DNA from: a virus
Taxonomy: Duplodnaviria; Caudoviricetes
DNA: 64,000 bases
IMG/VR virus record: IMGVR_UViG_3300033072_000181
Span: 9,712-73,711 of that record
Strand: one strand, 5' to 3'
Shown: positions 10,333-19,539 of the stretch, piece by piece
How the letters are laid out: every line of letters starts with the position of its first letter
How positions within the stretch are numbered: the first letter of the stretch is position 1
Program-made: the position numbers and the translations under genes
Notes under the pieces: model-generated
Databases searched by the model: none
Told to the model about the DNA's origin: nothing
What the model saw: the letters and a program-made list of their open reading frames with translations, nothing else

Positions 10333-10683
10333 ATGGTTAATTGGCAAAGAATAGTAAATAAAGCATTAGCTAGAAATAAGCGAACAGTAACATATAGCAC
10401 TAAATCTACTGCATCGTATGACCCTACTACTGGTCAATCCAGTGTTAATACTACTAATACAGCTATCGATTGCGCTAGAGATTTTACCAAACGTACTCAA
10501 TCAGATGGTGCTAATATTATTTTAGTTGATAAGACAGTATTTTATATTAGTCCTGATAGTGCTGTAGTACCAAAAGCTAACGATACTATAACAGATGGTA
10601 CGGATAAATTCACAATAGATAAAGTAGAGAAACAGTTTGCAGGTGGGGCATTAGTTCTATATATTGTTTATTGCAATAGTTAG
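10333..10683 (+). CDS. Head closure/stopper protein
   Basis: ASYDPTTGQ motif; synteny; likely start MVNWQ with SD GAGG. Confidence 0.6.
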   Translation: MVNWQRIVNKALARNKRTVTYSTKSTASYDPTTGQSSVNTTNTAIDCARDFTKRTQSDGANIILVDKTVFYISPDSAVVPKANDTITDGTDKFTIDKVEKQFAGGALVLYIVYCNS

Positions 10684-10690
10684 GATAGAT

Positions 10691-11161
10691 ATGATAAAAG
10701 CTGATACTTCTGATCTTGAAAAATATCTAGATAATTATATAAATGAATTTGAAACTAAAGCCGAACAAGCAGTACGTGATTTTGCACATGATACAGTAGT
10801 TGGTTTAATACGTGTATCTCCTTATGGTGATAGTATAAGATTTGAAGATTACTACAAGAACAGATTAGCTCCTTTACCAAAAGAAGAAGGTATGTTACGT
10901 GCCAACTGGAAAATAAATCTCAATAAAGCTGGTGAAACCGTATCGTATGTTGCTGGCAGTAGAAAAGGTGAAAACTCACTTAATAATGAATACTACACAA
11001 TGCTTAATTATAAATTAGGAGATAGTTTTAGTTTCTATAATATCACTCCTTATTTAGAGCATATTCATTCACAGCAAGCACCAGAAGGCGTAGCTGCTAA
11101 AGCTACTAATGCTTTAATGCTTATTTATTCAAAGAGTAATCTTAACGAATATTTAAAATAA
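10691..11161 (+). CDS. Neck/tail-completion protein (HK97 gp10-like)
   Basis: GMLRANWKI...FYNITPYLEHI...QAPEG pattern; synteny. Confidence 0.6.
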   Translation: MIKADTSDLEKYLDNYINEFETKAEQAVRDFAHDTVVGLIRVSPYGDSIRFEDYYKNRLAPLPKEEGMLRANWKINLNKAGETVSYVAGSRKGENSLNNEYYTMLNYKLGDSFSFYNITPYLEHIHSQQAPEGVAAKATNALMLIYSKSNLNEYLK

Positions 11162-11169
11162 GGAATGAT

Positions 11170-11577
11170 ATGATATATCAAAACATTAGAGCAGCATTTG
11201 AAACTGCACTGTATAATCTGGATAATACTTTTGCTACCGCTTGGGAAAATACTGAATTTACTCCTGATGAAAACGTACCTTATCAGAGAGTTCAACTAGT
11301 GCTATATAAACCGCAGAATCCTACTACATCAGCGGATCACAGAAGAGAAAGAGGGGAGTTTCAAGTATTTGTATCATACCCAAAAGGTTCTGGTGCTAAT
11401 GCTGCTTACGATAAGGCTAGTAGTATAGCTAGTCTATTTAAAAGAGGAACTACCTTAATTAAGAATTCTACTAAAGTTTTAATTGTACAATCTCCGCATG
11501 TAGCAACAGCTATGCAATTTGCGGATAGATATGTAGTTCCAGTTACAGTTGAATTCTTTGTAGATGTATTTGAATAA
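11170..11577 (+). CDS. Tail terminator protein (DUF4128-like)
   Basis: AWENTEFTP...GEFQVFVSYPKGSG...VPVTVEF pattern; precedes the tail tube gene. Confidence 0.7.
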   Translation: MIYQNIRAAFETALYNLDNTFATAWENTEFTPDENVPYQRVQLVLYKPQNPTTSADHRRERGEFQVFVSYPKGSGANAAYDKASSIASLFKRGTTLIKNSTKVLIVQSPHVATAMQFADRYVVPVTVEFFVDVFE

Positions 11578-11624
11578 TATCTTGCGCGAAGATAATGTTA
11601 ATTAACAAATAAAGGAAATATATA

Positions 11625-12833
11625 ATGGTTGCAAATGCTATCCGTAAATCAATTACTTATAAGAGAGAAGCTGCTTGGGGTACTCTTCCGGGTGCTACCC
11701 TAGGTAAAGAACTGCGTAGAGTTCAAGGTAATTTTAATCTAACTAAAGATACGTATGACTCTAGTGAAATCCGTACAGATCAACAAACTGCTGTATCCCG
11801 CCATGGTGTTCGTAGTGTAACTGGTTCTCTAAACGGAGAATTATCTGCTGGTTCATACTCTGAGTTTCTAAGTGCTATTCTAGCTAAAGATTTTGCTGCC
11901 GGTGTTGCTAGTTCTGGTGCTACTCTAACTATTGCAGCTAATGGTAGCAATTACGATGTAACTAGAGCAGCAGGTTCATATCTTACCGATGGTTTTAAAG
12001 TTGGGGATGTTGTTCGTTTAACTGGTGCTGCTCTTAACGCTAATAACGTAGCTAAGAATCTAATGGTACTTGCTGTAACTGCTACTGTTCTTACTGTTAA
12101 GGTGCTTAATGGTAGTACTCTAACTGTTGAAGCGAGCAAACTTGGTGATGCTTCAATCGTAGGTAAGAAAACCTTTGTACCTTCTAGTGGTCATACTGAT
12201 GTATCTTATAGTATCGAACAATGGTATTCTGATATTCCTGCTGTTGAAGTTTATACAGGTTGCAAAGTAGCTAGTGCTGCTGTATCATTACCTAGCACTG
12301 GTTTCTCTACTATTGATTTTAATTTCACTGGTAAAGATTTAGGTCAAGTCGGTTCTACACGTTACTACACTACTCCTACCGCTGCTGGTACTACCGCTGC
12401 TCTAGCTGCTGTTAATGGCGCGTTAGTAATTGATGGTGCTGCTGTAGCTTTACTAACATCCGTAGATTTCACTATCAATCGTGAGCTATCTCCGCTAACT
12501 GTAGTTGGTAGCAATACTGCTGCTGATGTTACTGCTGGTCGTATTACTGTAACTGGTAGCTTTAACGCTTATTTCTCTGATGTTACTTACAGAGATAAAT
12601 TCGTAAATGAAACTGAAGCTGCTCTAGCTATTGCTCTAACCGCCGATAATACAGCCGCTTCTGATGTTGTAGCTTTTGTTCTACCAAGAATTAAAGTAAA
12701 TTCAGCTACAGCTTCTGATGATACTAAAGGCATTGTACAGACATTTAACTTTACTGCTTTACTAAACGTAAATGGTGGTAGTGGTATTAGTTCTGAAAAG
12801 ACTACTATTTCTGTTCAAGATTCACAAGCATAA
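11625..12833 (+). CDS. Major tail tube protein
   Basis: YDSSEIRTDQQ...HGVRSVTGSLNGEL, TVVGSN, GRITVTGSFNAYF motifs; highly biased codons; terminator follows. Confidence 0.85.
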   Translation: MVANAIRKSITYKREAAWGTLPGATLGKELRRVQGNFNLTKDTYDSSEIRTDQQTAVSRHGVRSVTGSLNGELSAGSYSEFLSAILAKDFAAGVASSGATLTIAANGSNYDVTRAAGSYLTDGFKVGDVVRLTGAALNANNVAKNLMVLAVTATVLTVKVLNGSTLTVEASKLGDASIVGKKTFVPSSGHTDVSYSIEQWYSDIPAVEVYTGCKVASAAVSLPSTGFSTIDFNFTGKDLGQVGSTRYYTTPTAAGTTAALAAVNGALVIDGAAVALLTSVDFTINRELSPLTVVGSNTAADVTAGRITVTGSFNAYFSDVTYRDKFVNETEAALAIALTADNTAASDVVAFVLPRIKVNSATASDDTKGIVQTFNFTALLNVNGGSGISSEKTTISVQDSQA

Positions 12834-12847
12834 GCTAACTGATAATT

Positions 12848-12888
12848 AAAGAACCCTGACCCTTTAGCCGGGGTTGGGGTTTTTGTTT
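12848..12888 (+). terminator. Rho-independent terminator
   Basis: AAAGAACCCTGACCC / GGGGTTGGGGTTTTT stem with T tail. Confidence 0.7.
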
Positions 12889-12902
12889 ATATAGGAGTTG
12901 AA

Positions 12903-14117
12903 ATGAAAAATTCTGATAAGATTTTAGTATTACGTAGAGAAGATTCTTATGGTAATATCTCAGATAATACTAGCGGATTTACTTTACGTAGAACTTCGCT
13001 TAATGTTAATCGTAGTATAGAACAAACAGCGAGTAATGTAATCTCAACTAGCTTACAAGATACTAAAATATATAATGGTAGAGAGTCAATATCTTTATCT
13101 GTTAATTCTGAGCTTACTCCCGGCAGCTTCTCTGAAATCATTAGATCATATACAGGAAGAGGCTTTAGTAAAACTCAATCATTAGTTACTTCTGATCTAA
13201 CAATAGTTGATAACAATAATACTACTTACTCTTTATACGGTTTTGCTTCAACAGCAGGAGTAACATTAGGTAGTATCTGTAGATTGAGCGGTAATGCTGT
13301 TTTAGCGGTGAATAAGACCAATTTGATCGTAACTGGTGTTCAGGTATCAAGTCTAACTGTTAGAGTGCTAAACAATGGTTCTCTTACAGCACAGACGGGT
13401 ATTGTTGGGTCATTAGATGTAGTTGGTGCTAGAACATACATACCAACACATGATAACGTAAAAGATAGTTTTACATTAGAAAGTTATGCACCGAATGTGT
13501 CAATGTTGTATTCTGGTTTAATTGTAAATAATTTATCCTTTAAGAGTTCTGCTTATTTTTGTGATTTCACCGCTGATTTTGTAGCTCAGAAATTAAAACA
13601 GAAAGGTACTTCTCAGGTATTAACAGCAGTTAAACAATTTAGTGATAATCCTGTTAATATTATTGATGCTACTTTATTAATCAACAACACAGTCACTTAT
13701 GTTACTAATTTTCAAATTCAATGTGATAAAGAAATTGCTACAACAGAGAATATAGCCAGTAATAATATTACAGATTTCTATGTAAATAAATATACTACAA
13801 CTGCTTCTTTTACTGCTGCTTTAAAAGATTTGACTTATGAAAACTTACTAAATCAGAATGTAAGTATTACTTTAGTTTTAGCTGTTGATAATACAAACAG
13901 TTCAGAGTTTATTAGATTCAGCTTACCTAATGCTAAAGTAACAGCGGTTAATCAAGATGATAGTTCTGTCTTACTAACTAGCTTTGAAGTTGAATCTACG
14001 TACTTATCTACAGGTGATATAGAAGATAGTACCTTAATAATCCAGCAAAGTTCCAATAGTATATGGAATTGGGATGATTTAGATACTTGGTCTGATAGTA
14101 ATATTTGGTACGATTGA
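12903..14117 (+). CDS. Second, diverged tail-tube paralogue
   Basis: Colinear similarity to 11625-12833 (RREDSYG/KREAAWG; LRRTS/LRRVQ; SELTPGSFSE/GELSAGSYSE; VRVLNNGSLT/VKVLNGSTLT); extra Trp/Asp-rich C-terminal tail. Confidence 0.75.
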   Translation: MKNSDKILVLRREDSYGNISDNTSGFTLRRTSLNVNRSIEQTASNVISTSLQDTKIYNGRESISLSVNSELTPGSFSEIIRSYTGRGFSKTQSLVTSDLTIVDNNNTTYSLYGFASTAGVTLGSICRLSGNAVLAVNKTNLIVTGVQVSSLTVRVLNNGSLTAQTGIVGSLDVVGARTYIPTHDNVKDSFTLESYAPNVSMLYSGLIVNNLSFKSSAYFCDFTADFVAQKLKQKGTSQVLTAVKQFSDNPVNIIDATLLINNTVTYVTNFQIQCDKEIATTENIASNNITDFYVNKYTTTASFTAALKDLTYENLLNQNVSITLVLAVDNTNSSEFIRFSLPNAKVTAVNQDDSSVLLTSFEVESTYLSTGDIEDSTLIIQQSSNSIWNWDDLDTWSDSNIWYD

Positions 14118-14120
14118 TAA

Positions 14121-14155
14121 ATTACTTTACAAACTAAATTTCTGGATGTATAATA
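14121..14155 (+). promoter_or_regulatory. Phage-class promoter ATTACTTT-N20-TATAATA (copy 3), tail operon
   Basis: Exact motif and spacing. Confidence 0.75.
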
Positions 14156-14212
14156 CTACGGATAGGCTATATTGACTTATAGCTTTTGATAAACTACACA
14201 TAAGGAGAACAC

Positions 14213-14617
14213 ATGTTAGACCTAGACACAACTAATGTAAATAAGCAATCTGAAGAAGGTTATGAACTAGAAGTATTACATCCTGTAACTAATGAACCGA
14301 CTGGTGCTAAGATTACAGTTCGTGGTGAGCAATCAGCTACAGTACGTAATTTCAGTAAGCGTAAGTACAACGAATATAAGCAACGTGAAGCACAAGCTAA
14401 ACGCCGTGGTCGTGAAGTAGAAGATTTAACCCTTGATGAAGCTGAAGAACTAGCTGTTGAATCTGCTGTTATTCGTGTTATTTCATGGGAAGGTATTGGT
14501 GCTAGCGGTAAGCCTCTAGCTTTTACGCCTGAAAATGCTACTGCTGTACTAAAAGAACATGCTTGGATTCGGGATCAAATTGTGGAGGCAAGTCAAAATC
14601 TAGCTAACTTTCTCTGA
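14213..14617 (+). CDS. Tail assembly chaperone (gpG-like)
   Basis: LEVLHPVTNEPTGAKITVRG...WIRDQI; lies between tail tube and tape measure genes. Confidence 0.8.
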   Translation: MLDLDTTNVNKQSEEGYELEVLHPVTNEPTGAKITVRGEQSATVRNFSKRKYNEYKQREAQAKRRGREVEDLTLDEAEELAVESAVIRVISWEGIGASGKPLAFTPENATAVLKEHAWIRDQIVEASQNLANFL

Positions 14618-14990
14618 TTATGATATAGAGGATTTAAAGCTATTCTTTGATAAGACTTTAGAATTTACAACTAGACAAACTGATGGTAGAACATTAAGGG
14701 ATCATTTGGAAAGTATCTGGAAGCAAACTGGTGTTAAACCTTCAGAACTAGATAACATTCCAGAACTACCATCAGTTTATATTTACTGTTATGAAATCTT
14801 TTCTGATTTATCTAGACGCAGAACTAATAGTGGTTTCGGTATGAATCCTTTAAGTTTTGCTGAAATACTAGCATATAAAGAGTTATTACAAATTGATTTA
14901 GAAATATGGGAAGTAAAGATTATCTTATTACTAGATGAATGGCTATTAGACTTTGTAGCTAAACAAGAAGAAAAGAAGAATAAAAAATAA
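14604..14990 (+). CDS. Tail assembly chaperone extension (gpT-like), probably expressed by +1 frameshift
   Basis: The +1 frame is open from 14604 to 14990 and overlaps the upstream stop at AAC-TTT-CTC-TGA; MNPLSFAEILAY...WEVKII motif of DUF1799-like chaperones. Confidence 0.65.
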   Translation, partial: LTFSDYDIEDLKLFFDKTLEFTTRQTDGRTLRDHLESIWKQTGVKPSELDNIPELPSVYIYCYEIFSDLSRRRTNSGFGMNPLSFAEILAYKELLQIDLEIWEVKIILLLDEWLLDFVAKQEEKKNKK

Positions 14991-15001
14991 ATATAGAATA
15001 T

Positions 15002-15033
15002 GGGAGGTATCGAAAGGTACTTCCCTATTTTAC
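15002..15033 (+). terminator. Rho-independent terminator
   Basis: GGGAGGTATC-GAAA-GGTACTTCCC with T-rich tail. Confidence 0.7.
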
Positions 15034-15102
15034 TTTAATAGCTAGCAAAATGCTCAGTTATACGCTGGATATTAAATTAAAATACTTGATAAAGGAAAGA
15101 TT

Positions 15103-18100
15103 ATGCAAGGGTTACGTTTTGATGTAGATACCAAACCTATTGTTGATGCGGTAAATGAACTACGTAAGCTAAAGACAGAGATTGGCAATGTTAATACCGC
15201 AGTAGAAAAGAAAACTAAACAAGCCAAAGAGTCTGCCGATGCTGAAAACAAAGACACTAAGGCTAAAGAAGAATCTGCTAAAGCACTTGCTAAACAGTTA
15301 AAGTTTATTACTGATCTAGATAATAAATTAAAAGATATTGTAGATGGTTATAGTAGAAGCGAAGCTGCTATTTTAAAGCAAGCTAGAAATCTAAAATTAA
15401 CTGGCGATCAAATTACGGTTGTTACGGACTTAATGAAGAAATTACGTCCGTTAATCAGTGATCCATTTGATAGTAGCATTGGTGCAATAGCGTCTGTTAA
15501 TAAAGAACTACAAATGTTCCAAAACAGATCAGAGTTAGCAGCACAAGGTATTACCTTAACTAGCAAACAATTACGCGAGTTCTCTAGAATACAAGAAGAA
15601 GTATATGGTAAGTTTGCAGCTAGTTCTGGTAATTCTAGCCGAAGTCAAATTGAAGCTATGCCAGCTTTTTCAGCAGAAGTAGAAAGATTAAAAACTCAGT
15701 ATCTTGCTGCTGCTAGACAAGTACAAGGTTTTCAATCTGCTGAAGATGCAGCAAAAGGTAAAGGCTCTAACACAGTAAGCTACGGTTCTAAAGGAAGTAT
15801 GGATTCTCATGTTAATGCTTACAGAAAAGCTAATGCACTGAATTCTGATGCTTATTTATCTCAGCAAAAACAAGTAGCTGCTACAGAAGAAGCTATCGTA
15901 GAGTCTCATGTTTTGGCTATGCAAGCTGCTAACAGAAGAAGAGAAATAAACGAGCAGAAATCTAATGATCGAATTATACGTGCGGCTGAAAAGCGCGTCA
16001 ATGCACTAAAAGATCAATATGCTGCTGAACTTCAAGAGCAAGAGTTAGTAAATGCTGGTTATTCTCCCGGTATGGCTTTTGCTAACGCTCAATTAGAACT
16101 AAGAAGAAACCAAGTTCAATCTAAATATTCAGCTTCCGTTTTAGCCTCTGATCCTAGAGCTAAAGCCTTAATGGAAGAAGAATTAAAGCTACTTGATAAG
16201 CAACACGAACATCAAACAAAGAACGCTAAATCTGCTAAAGAAATGGCGTTTGCTATGCGTCAAGTACCAATGCAGATTACCGATATTGTAACATCATTAG
16301 CTGCCGGTCAGCCTCCGATGATGGTTATGTTACAACAAGGTGGTCAGTTAAAGGATATGTTTGGTGGTGTGAAAGAAGCTGCTATTGCTTTAGCTGCCGG
16401 TTTAAAGGATGCTTTATTTGCATCAGTTGGTTTATTAGCTAATCCGTTCGTAGCTGCTGGTGTAGCTATTGCTGCTTTCTCTGCATTACTTTGGAAAGCT
16501 GCTGATCGTAACGAAGAGTTTGCCAAGAGTATTATCCTAATGGGTAATAGCACTACGCTTACTCTGGCTGATGTTAGAAATGCTGCTAGTTCTGTAGCTG
16601 AAGTAACGGGTACTAGCTTATCTACATCCGGTAATGCTTTCATTACGTTAGCAAAGCATGTAAAATTAAGCAATGAAACATTAAAAGAACTAACAATTAC
16701 TGCTGTTGATCTAGAGAAATACGGCGGTCAAAGTGTAGATAAAACTGCTAAAGATATAGCTGCTTTACGTGATAAACCGCTTGAAGCAATGCTTGATCTT
16801 AACAAAGAGATTGGTTTCTTAACACCTGAATTAGTTAAGCAAGCACAAGCCTTTGTAGATAATGGTCAAAAAGCTGACGCTGCTGCTCTGCTTATCTCTA
16901 AATATAACGATGCTATGGTTGATATGGCAAAGAAGTTAAAAGAGAATGAAGGTGCAGGTAAGCAACTATGGAGAGAAGTAACAGAATCAATACAAGAAAC
17001 TATTGATAAGTTATCTGAATTCTTATTAAAATATAAAGGTGTTATCCTTACTGTAGCTAAGTTTCAAAAGGACTTCGTAGCTGGAGGCCCTATTGGTGCA
17101 ATAGCTGGACTATTTAATAATGATAAACCAGAAGATAAATCACCTAGATCATTATCCGTAACAGAAGCACCTAAAACTGAATCTGATAAAGCATCTGCTG
17201 TAGCTAAGTTACAAGATTGGTTAAATAAGAACAATAAGAAATTAAAAGAAAAATCAGAAAGAACCGAACTTGAATCAATGCTTAATGCTGCTGGTGCTAG
17301 TGAAAGTGACCGTAAATTAGCATATGCTTCACTGAATGATAAATATAAAGAGAAGGCTAATAAACCTAGCGAATTATATTCTGCCGGATTAGAGCATTTT
17401 AAAGCTATGGCTATTGATGAATCTAAATCAATAGAAGATGCTAATAAAGCTAATAAACTCCTAGAAGAGCAGCGGAAGATTCAAGCAGCTATATTACACG
17501 ATCAATTAAGGTTATCATCAGAAGAAGATACTAGGTTAGAAACTAAAGCTAAACTAAATACTTTATCAGAAAAAGATAAGTTTATTTACGAAGCTAAAGT
17601 AAAAGCTGAAGCTGATACTGCAAGATTAATCGAACGGACTAGAGATAATAGAACACTATCACCGGATCAGATTGAACAAACAGTAAATGACCTAATTGCT
17701 AAAAGACCAGAGTTGGTAGCTAAAGCTGGTGAAGCTGCTGCTAAATATTACGATCAAGAGAGAGATTTTGCTACCGGATGGGAAAAGGCTTATAACTCAG
17801 CTAAAGATTCAGCTAAGGATTATGCTAAAGTAGCAGAAAACGTATTTAGCAAATTAACTGATAGCATGGCTGACGCTATGACTACTTTTGTTATGACTGG
17901 TAAGCTATCATTCAAAGATTTAGCTAATAGCATTATAGCTGATTTAATCCGTATCCAAGCTAAGAATCTAGCTGTTGGTCTCATGGGTAATAGCTCTAGC
18001 GGCATCATGGGATTCCTTGGTGGTATCATGGGGAGTTTAAACGGTAACACTGCTGCTTTATCTAATAGTGGTTATAATAGTACTCTTAATACTTCTGGAT

Positions 18101-18546
18101 ATGCTGATCCATCTACACTTTCTTGGAATGCTAACGGTAATGCTTTTGGTTTATCCGGTATCCAAGCATTTGCTAACGGTGGTGCATTTACTAACAGCGT
18201 AGTCAATAGTATTACTCCATTTAAATTTGCTAATGGTGGAAAGTTTGGTATAATGGGTGAAGCTGGCCCTGAAGCGATCATGCCGTTATCTAGAGATAGT
18301 TCAGGTAAGTTAGGTGTGTCTGTATCAGGAGGTACTTCTAGTGGTTCTGTATCTGTTATTGTGAATAATCAAGGTAATAATTTACAAGTCACTGAGCAGA
18401 AAGAAACCGTAGATAGCAGAGGTAATAGAAAGATTGAACTTACCGTTTCTGAAATGGTTGCTAAAGAACAAAGCAGACCCGGAAGTTCAATTTATAATAG
18501 TACCAAATCTAGCTTCGGTTTAAGACCAGCTTTAGTTACTCGATAA
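15103..18546 (+). CDS. Tape measure protein (lambda gpH-like)
   Basis: 1147 aa, helical and Ala-rich; [33 protein letters not shown] and FANGG...[12 protein letters not shown] motifs. Confidence 0.92.
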   Translation: MQGLRFDVDTKPIVDAVNELRKLKTEIGNVNTAVEKKTKQAKESADAENKDTKAKEESAKALAKQLKFITDLDNKLKDIVDGYSRSEAAILKQARNLKLTGDQITVVTDLMKKLRPLISDPFDSSIGAIASVNKELQMFQNRSELAAQGITLTSKQLREFSRIQEEVYGKFAASSGNSSRSQIEAMPAFSAEVERLKTQYLAAARQVQGFQSAEDAAKGKGSNTVSYGSKGSMDSHVNAYRKANALNSDAYLSQQKQVAATEEAIVESHVLAMQAANRRREINEQKSNDRIIRAAEKRVNALKDQYAAELQEQELVNAGYSPGMAFANAQLELRRNQVQSKYSASVLASDPRAKALMEEELKLLDKQHEHQTKNAKSAKEMAFAMRQVPMQITDIVTSLAAGQPPMMVMLQQGGQLKDMFGGVKEAAIALAAGLKDALFASVGLLANPFVAAGVAIAAFSALLWKAADRNEEFAKSIILMGNSTTLTLADVRNAASSVAEVTGTSLSTSGNAFITLAKHVKLSNETLKELTITAVDLEKYGGQSVDKTAKDIAALRDKPLEAMLDLNKEIGFLTPELVKQAQAFVDNGQKADAAALLISKYNDAMVDMAKKLKENEGAGKQLWREVTESIQETIDKLSEFLLKYKGVILTVAKFQKDFVAGGPIGAIAGLFNNDKPEDKSPRSLSVTEAPKTESDKASAVAKLQDWLNKNNKKLKEKSERTELESMLNAAGASESDRKLAYASLNDKYKEKANKPSELYSAGLEHFKAMAIDESKSIEDANKANKLLEEQRKIQAAILHDQLRLSSEEDTRLETKAKLNTLSEKDKFIYEAKVKAEADTARLIERTRDNRTLSPDQIEQTVNDLIAKRPELVAKAGEAAAKYYDQERDFATGWEKAYNSAKDSAKDYAKVAENVFSKLTDSMADAMTTFVMTGKLSFKDLANSIIADLIRIQAKNLAVGLMGNSSSGIMGFLGGIMGSLNGNTAALSNSGYNSTLNTSGYADPSTLSWNANGNAFGLSGIQAFANGGAFTNSVVNSITPFKFANGGKFGIMGEAGPEAIMPLSRDSSGKLGVSVSGGTSSGSVSVIVNNQGNNLQVTEQKETVDSRGNRKIELTVSEMVAKEQSRPGSSIYNSTKSSFGLRPALVTR

Positions 18547-18599
18547 CACCGTAATGCTGTAATACCGCAATACCGTAATACTGTAACACCGTAACACTG
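18544..18599 (+). repeat. 7 x 8-bp degenerate tandem array (consensus TAAYACYG) starting at the tape measure stop codon
   Basis: TAACACCG TAATGCTG TAATACCG CAATACCG TAATACTG TAACACCG TAACACTG. Confidence 0.9.
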
Positions 18600-18630
18600 A
18601 AGGGATGCCAGCCGGTGTCCCTTCTTTTAT
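18600..18630 (+). terminator. Rho-independent terminator
   Basis: AAGGGATGCC-AGCC-GGTGTCCCTT followed by CTTTT. Confidence 0.7.
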
Positions 18631-18643
18631 ATAAAGGATTAAT

Positions 18644-19000
18644 ATGATTATTTGGCCTAGTTCTCTACCTGTCTTACCTACTAAGAATTACACAGAAGAT
18701 AACGGTGTGCTTATTCTGCGTACTCCAATGGATGCTGGCCCTGCTAAACAAAGACGCAGAGGTAAGCGACCTAGTAATATGCAGGTACAATATGAAATGA
18801 CTTCGTCACAAGTTGTATCTTTAGCTAATTTTGTTGAAAATACAATTTATGGTGTAAAGCGTTTTCAGATTACACATCCAAGAACACTACAACAAATTGA
18901 AGTACGTATTGTTCCATCAGACGGCGGTAAGCTATATGATTTATCAAGAGTTACTAATGATCTGTGGAACGTAAATCTTACGTTAGAAGTATTACCATAA
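18644..19000 (+). CDS. Distal tail protein (gpM-like)
   Basis: IWPSSLP...LRTPMDAGPAKQRRR motif. Confidence 0.8.
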   Translation: MIIWPSSLPVLPTKNYTEDNGVLILRTPMDAGPAKQRRRGKRPSNMQVQYEMTSSQVVSLANFVENTIYGVKRFQITHPRTLQQIEVRIVPSDGGKLYDLSRVTNDLWNVNLTLEVLP

Positions 19001-19009
19001 GGAAATAAC

Positions 19010-19522
19010 ATGAGTAGATTAAATAATTTATCGCCGGAAGCATTAAAAGCATTATTCAGTTCTGATTCAGATGATACGCTATTAATCTTACTTACACTTT
19101 CCGGTAGTAATATAGTAACACCAATTAGAATATCAGACGGATATACACAGCGTTTATCTGAAACGGATGATGAAATTGTATATGGTGTAGTATCTGCTGG
19201 TTTAGAATATGCTTTCTTACCTTTTGAATTAATATTACCTACTGAAGAAGATGCTAGCTTAAATTGTAGTATAGTAATCCACGATGTAACTAGGCGACTA
19301 TTACCAGAAATTAGAAAGCTAACTACAGCACCTACTTGTAGTATTGATTTGGTCTTACAATCAGAACCAGATATTGTAGAAATATCCTTAGGTGATTTCT
19401 TACTAGGTAATATTACTTATTCTGATACGACTATCAGTGCTAACCTAACAGTACAATCTTATGAAAATGAACCATTCCCTAGTGGAACATTTACACCGGG
19501 ATATTTTCAAGCTATGTTTTAA
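19010..19522 (+). CDS. Tail tip protein (DUF1833, gpL-like)
   Basis: FLPFELILP...NEPFPSGTFTPGYFQAMF motif. Confidence 0.8.
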   Translation: MSRLNNLSPEALKALFSSDSDDTLLILLTLSGSNIVTPIRISDGYTQRLSETDDEIVYGVVSAGLEYAFLPFELILPTEEDASLNCSIVIHDVTRRLLPEIRKLTTAPTCSIDLVLQSEPDIVEISLGDFLLGNITYSDTTISANLTVQSYENEPFPSGTFTPGYFQAMF

Positions 19523-19539
19523 AGTATAAAAGGAATGAT

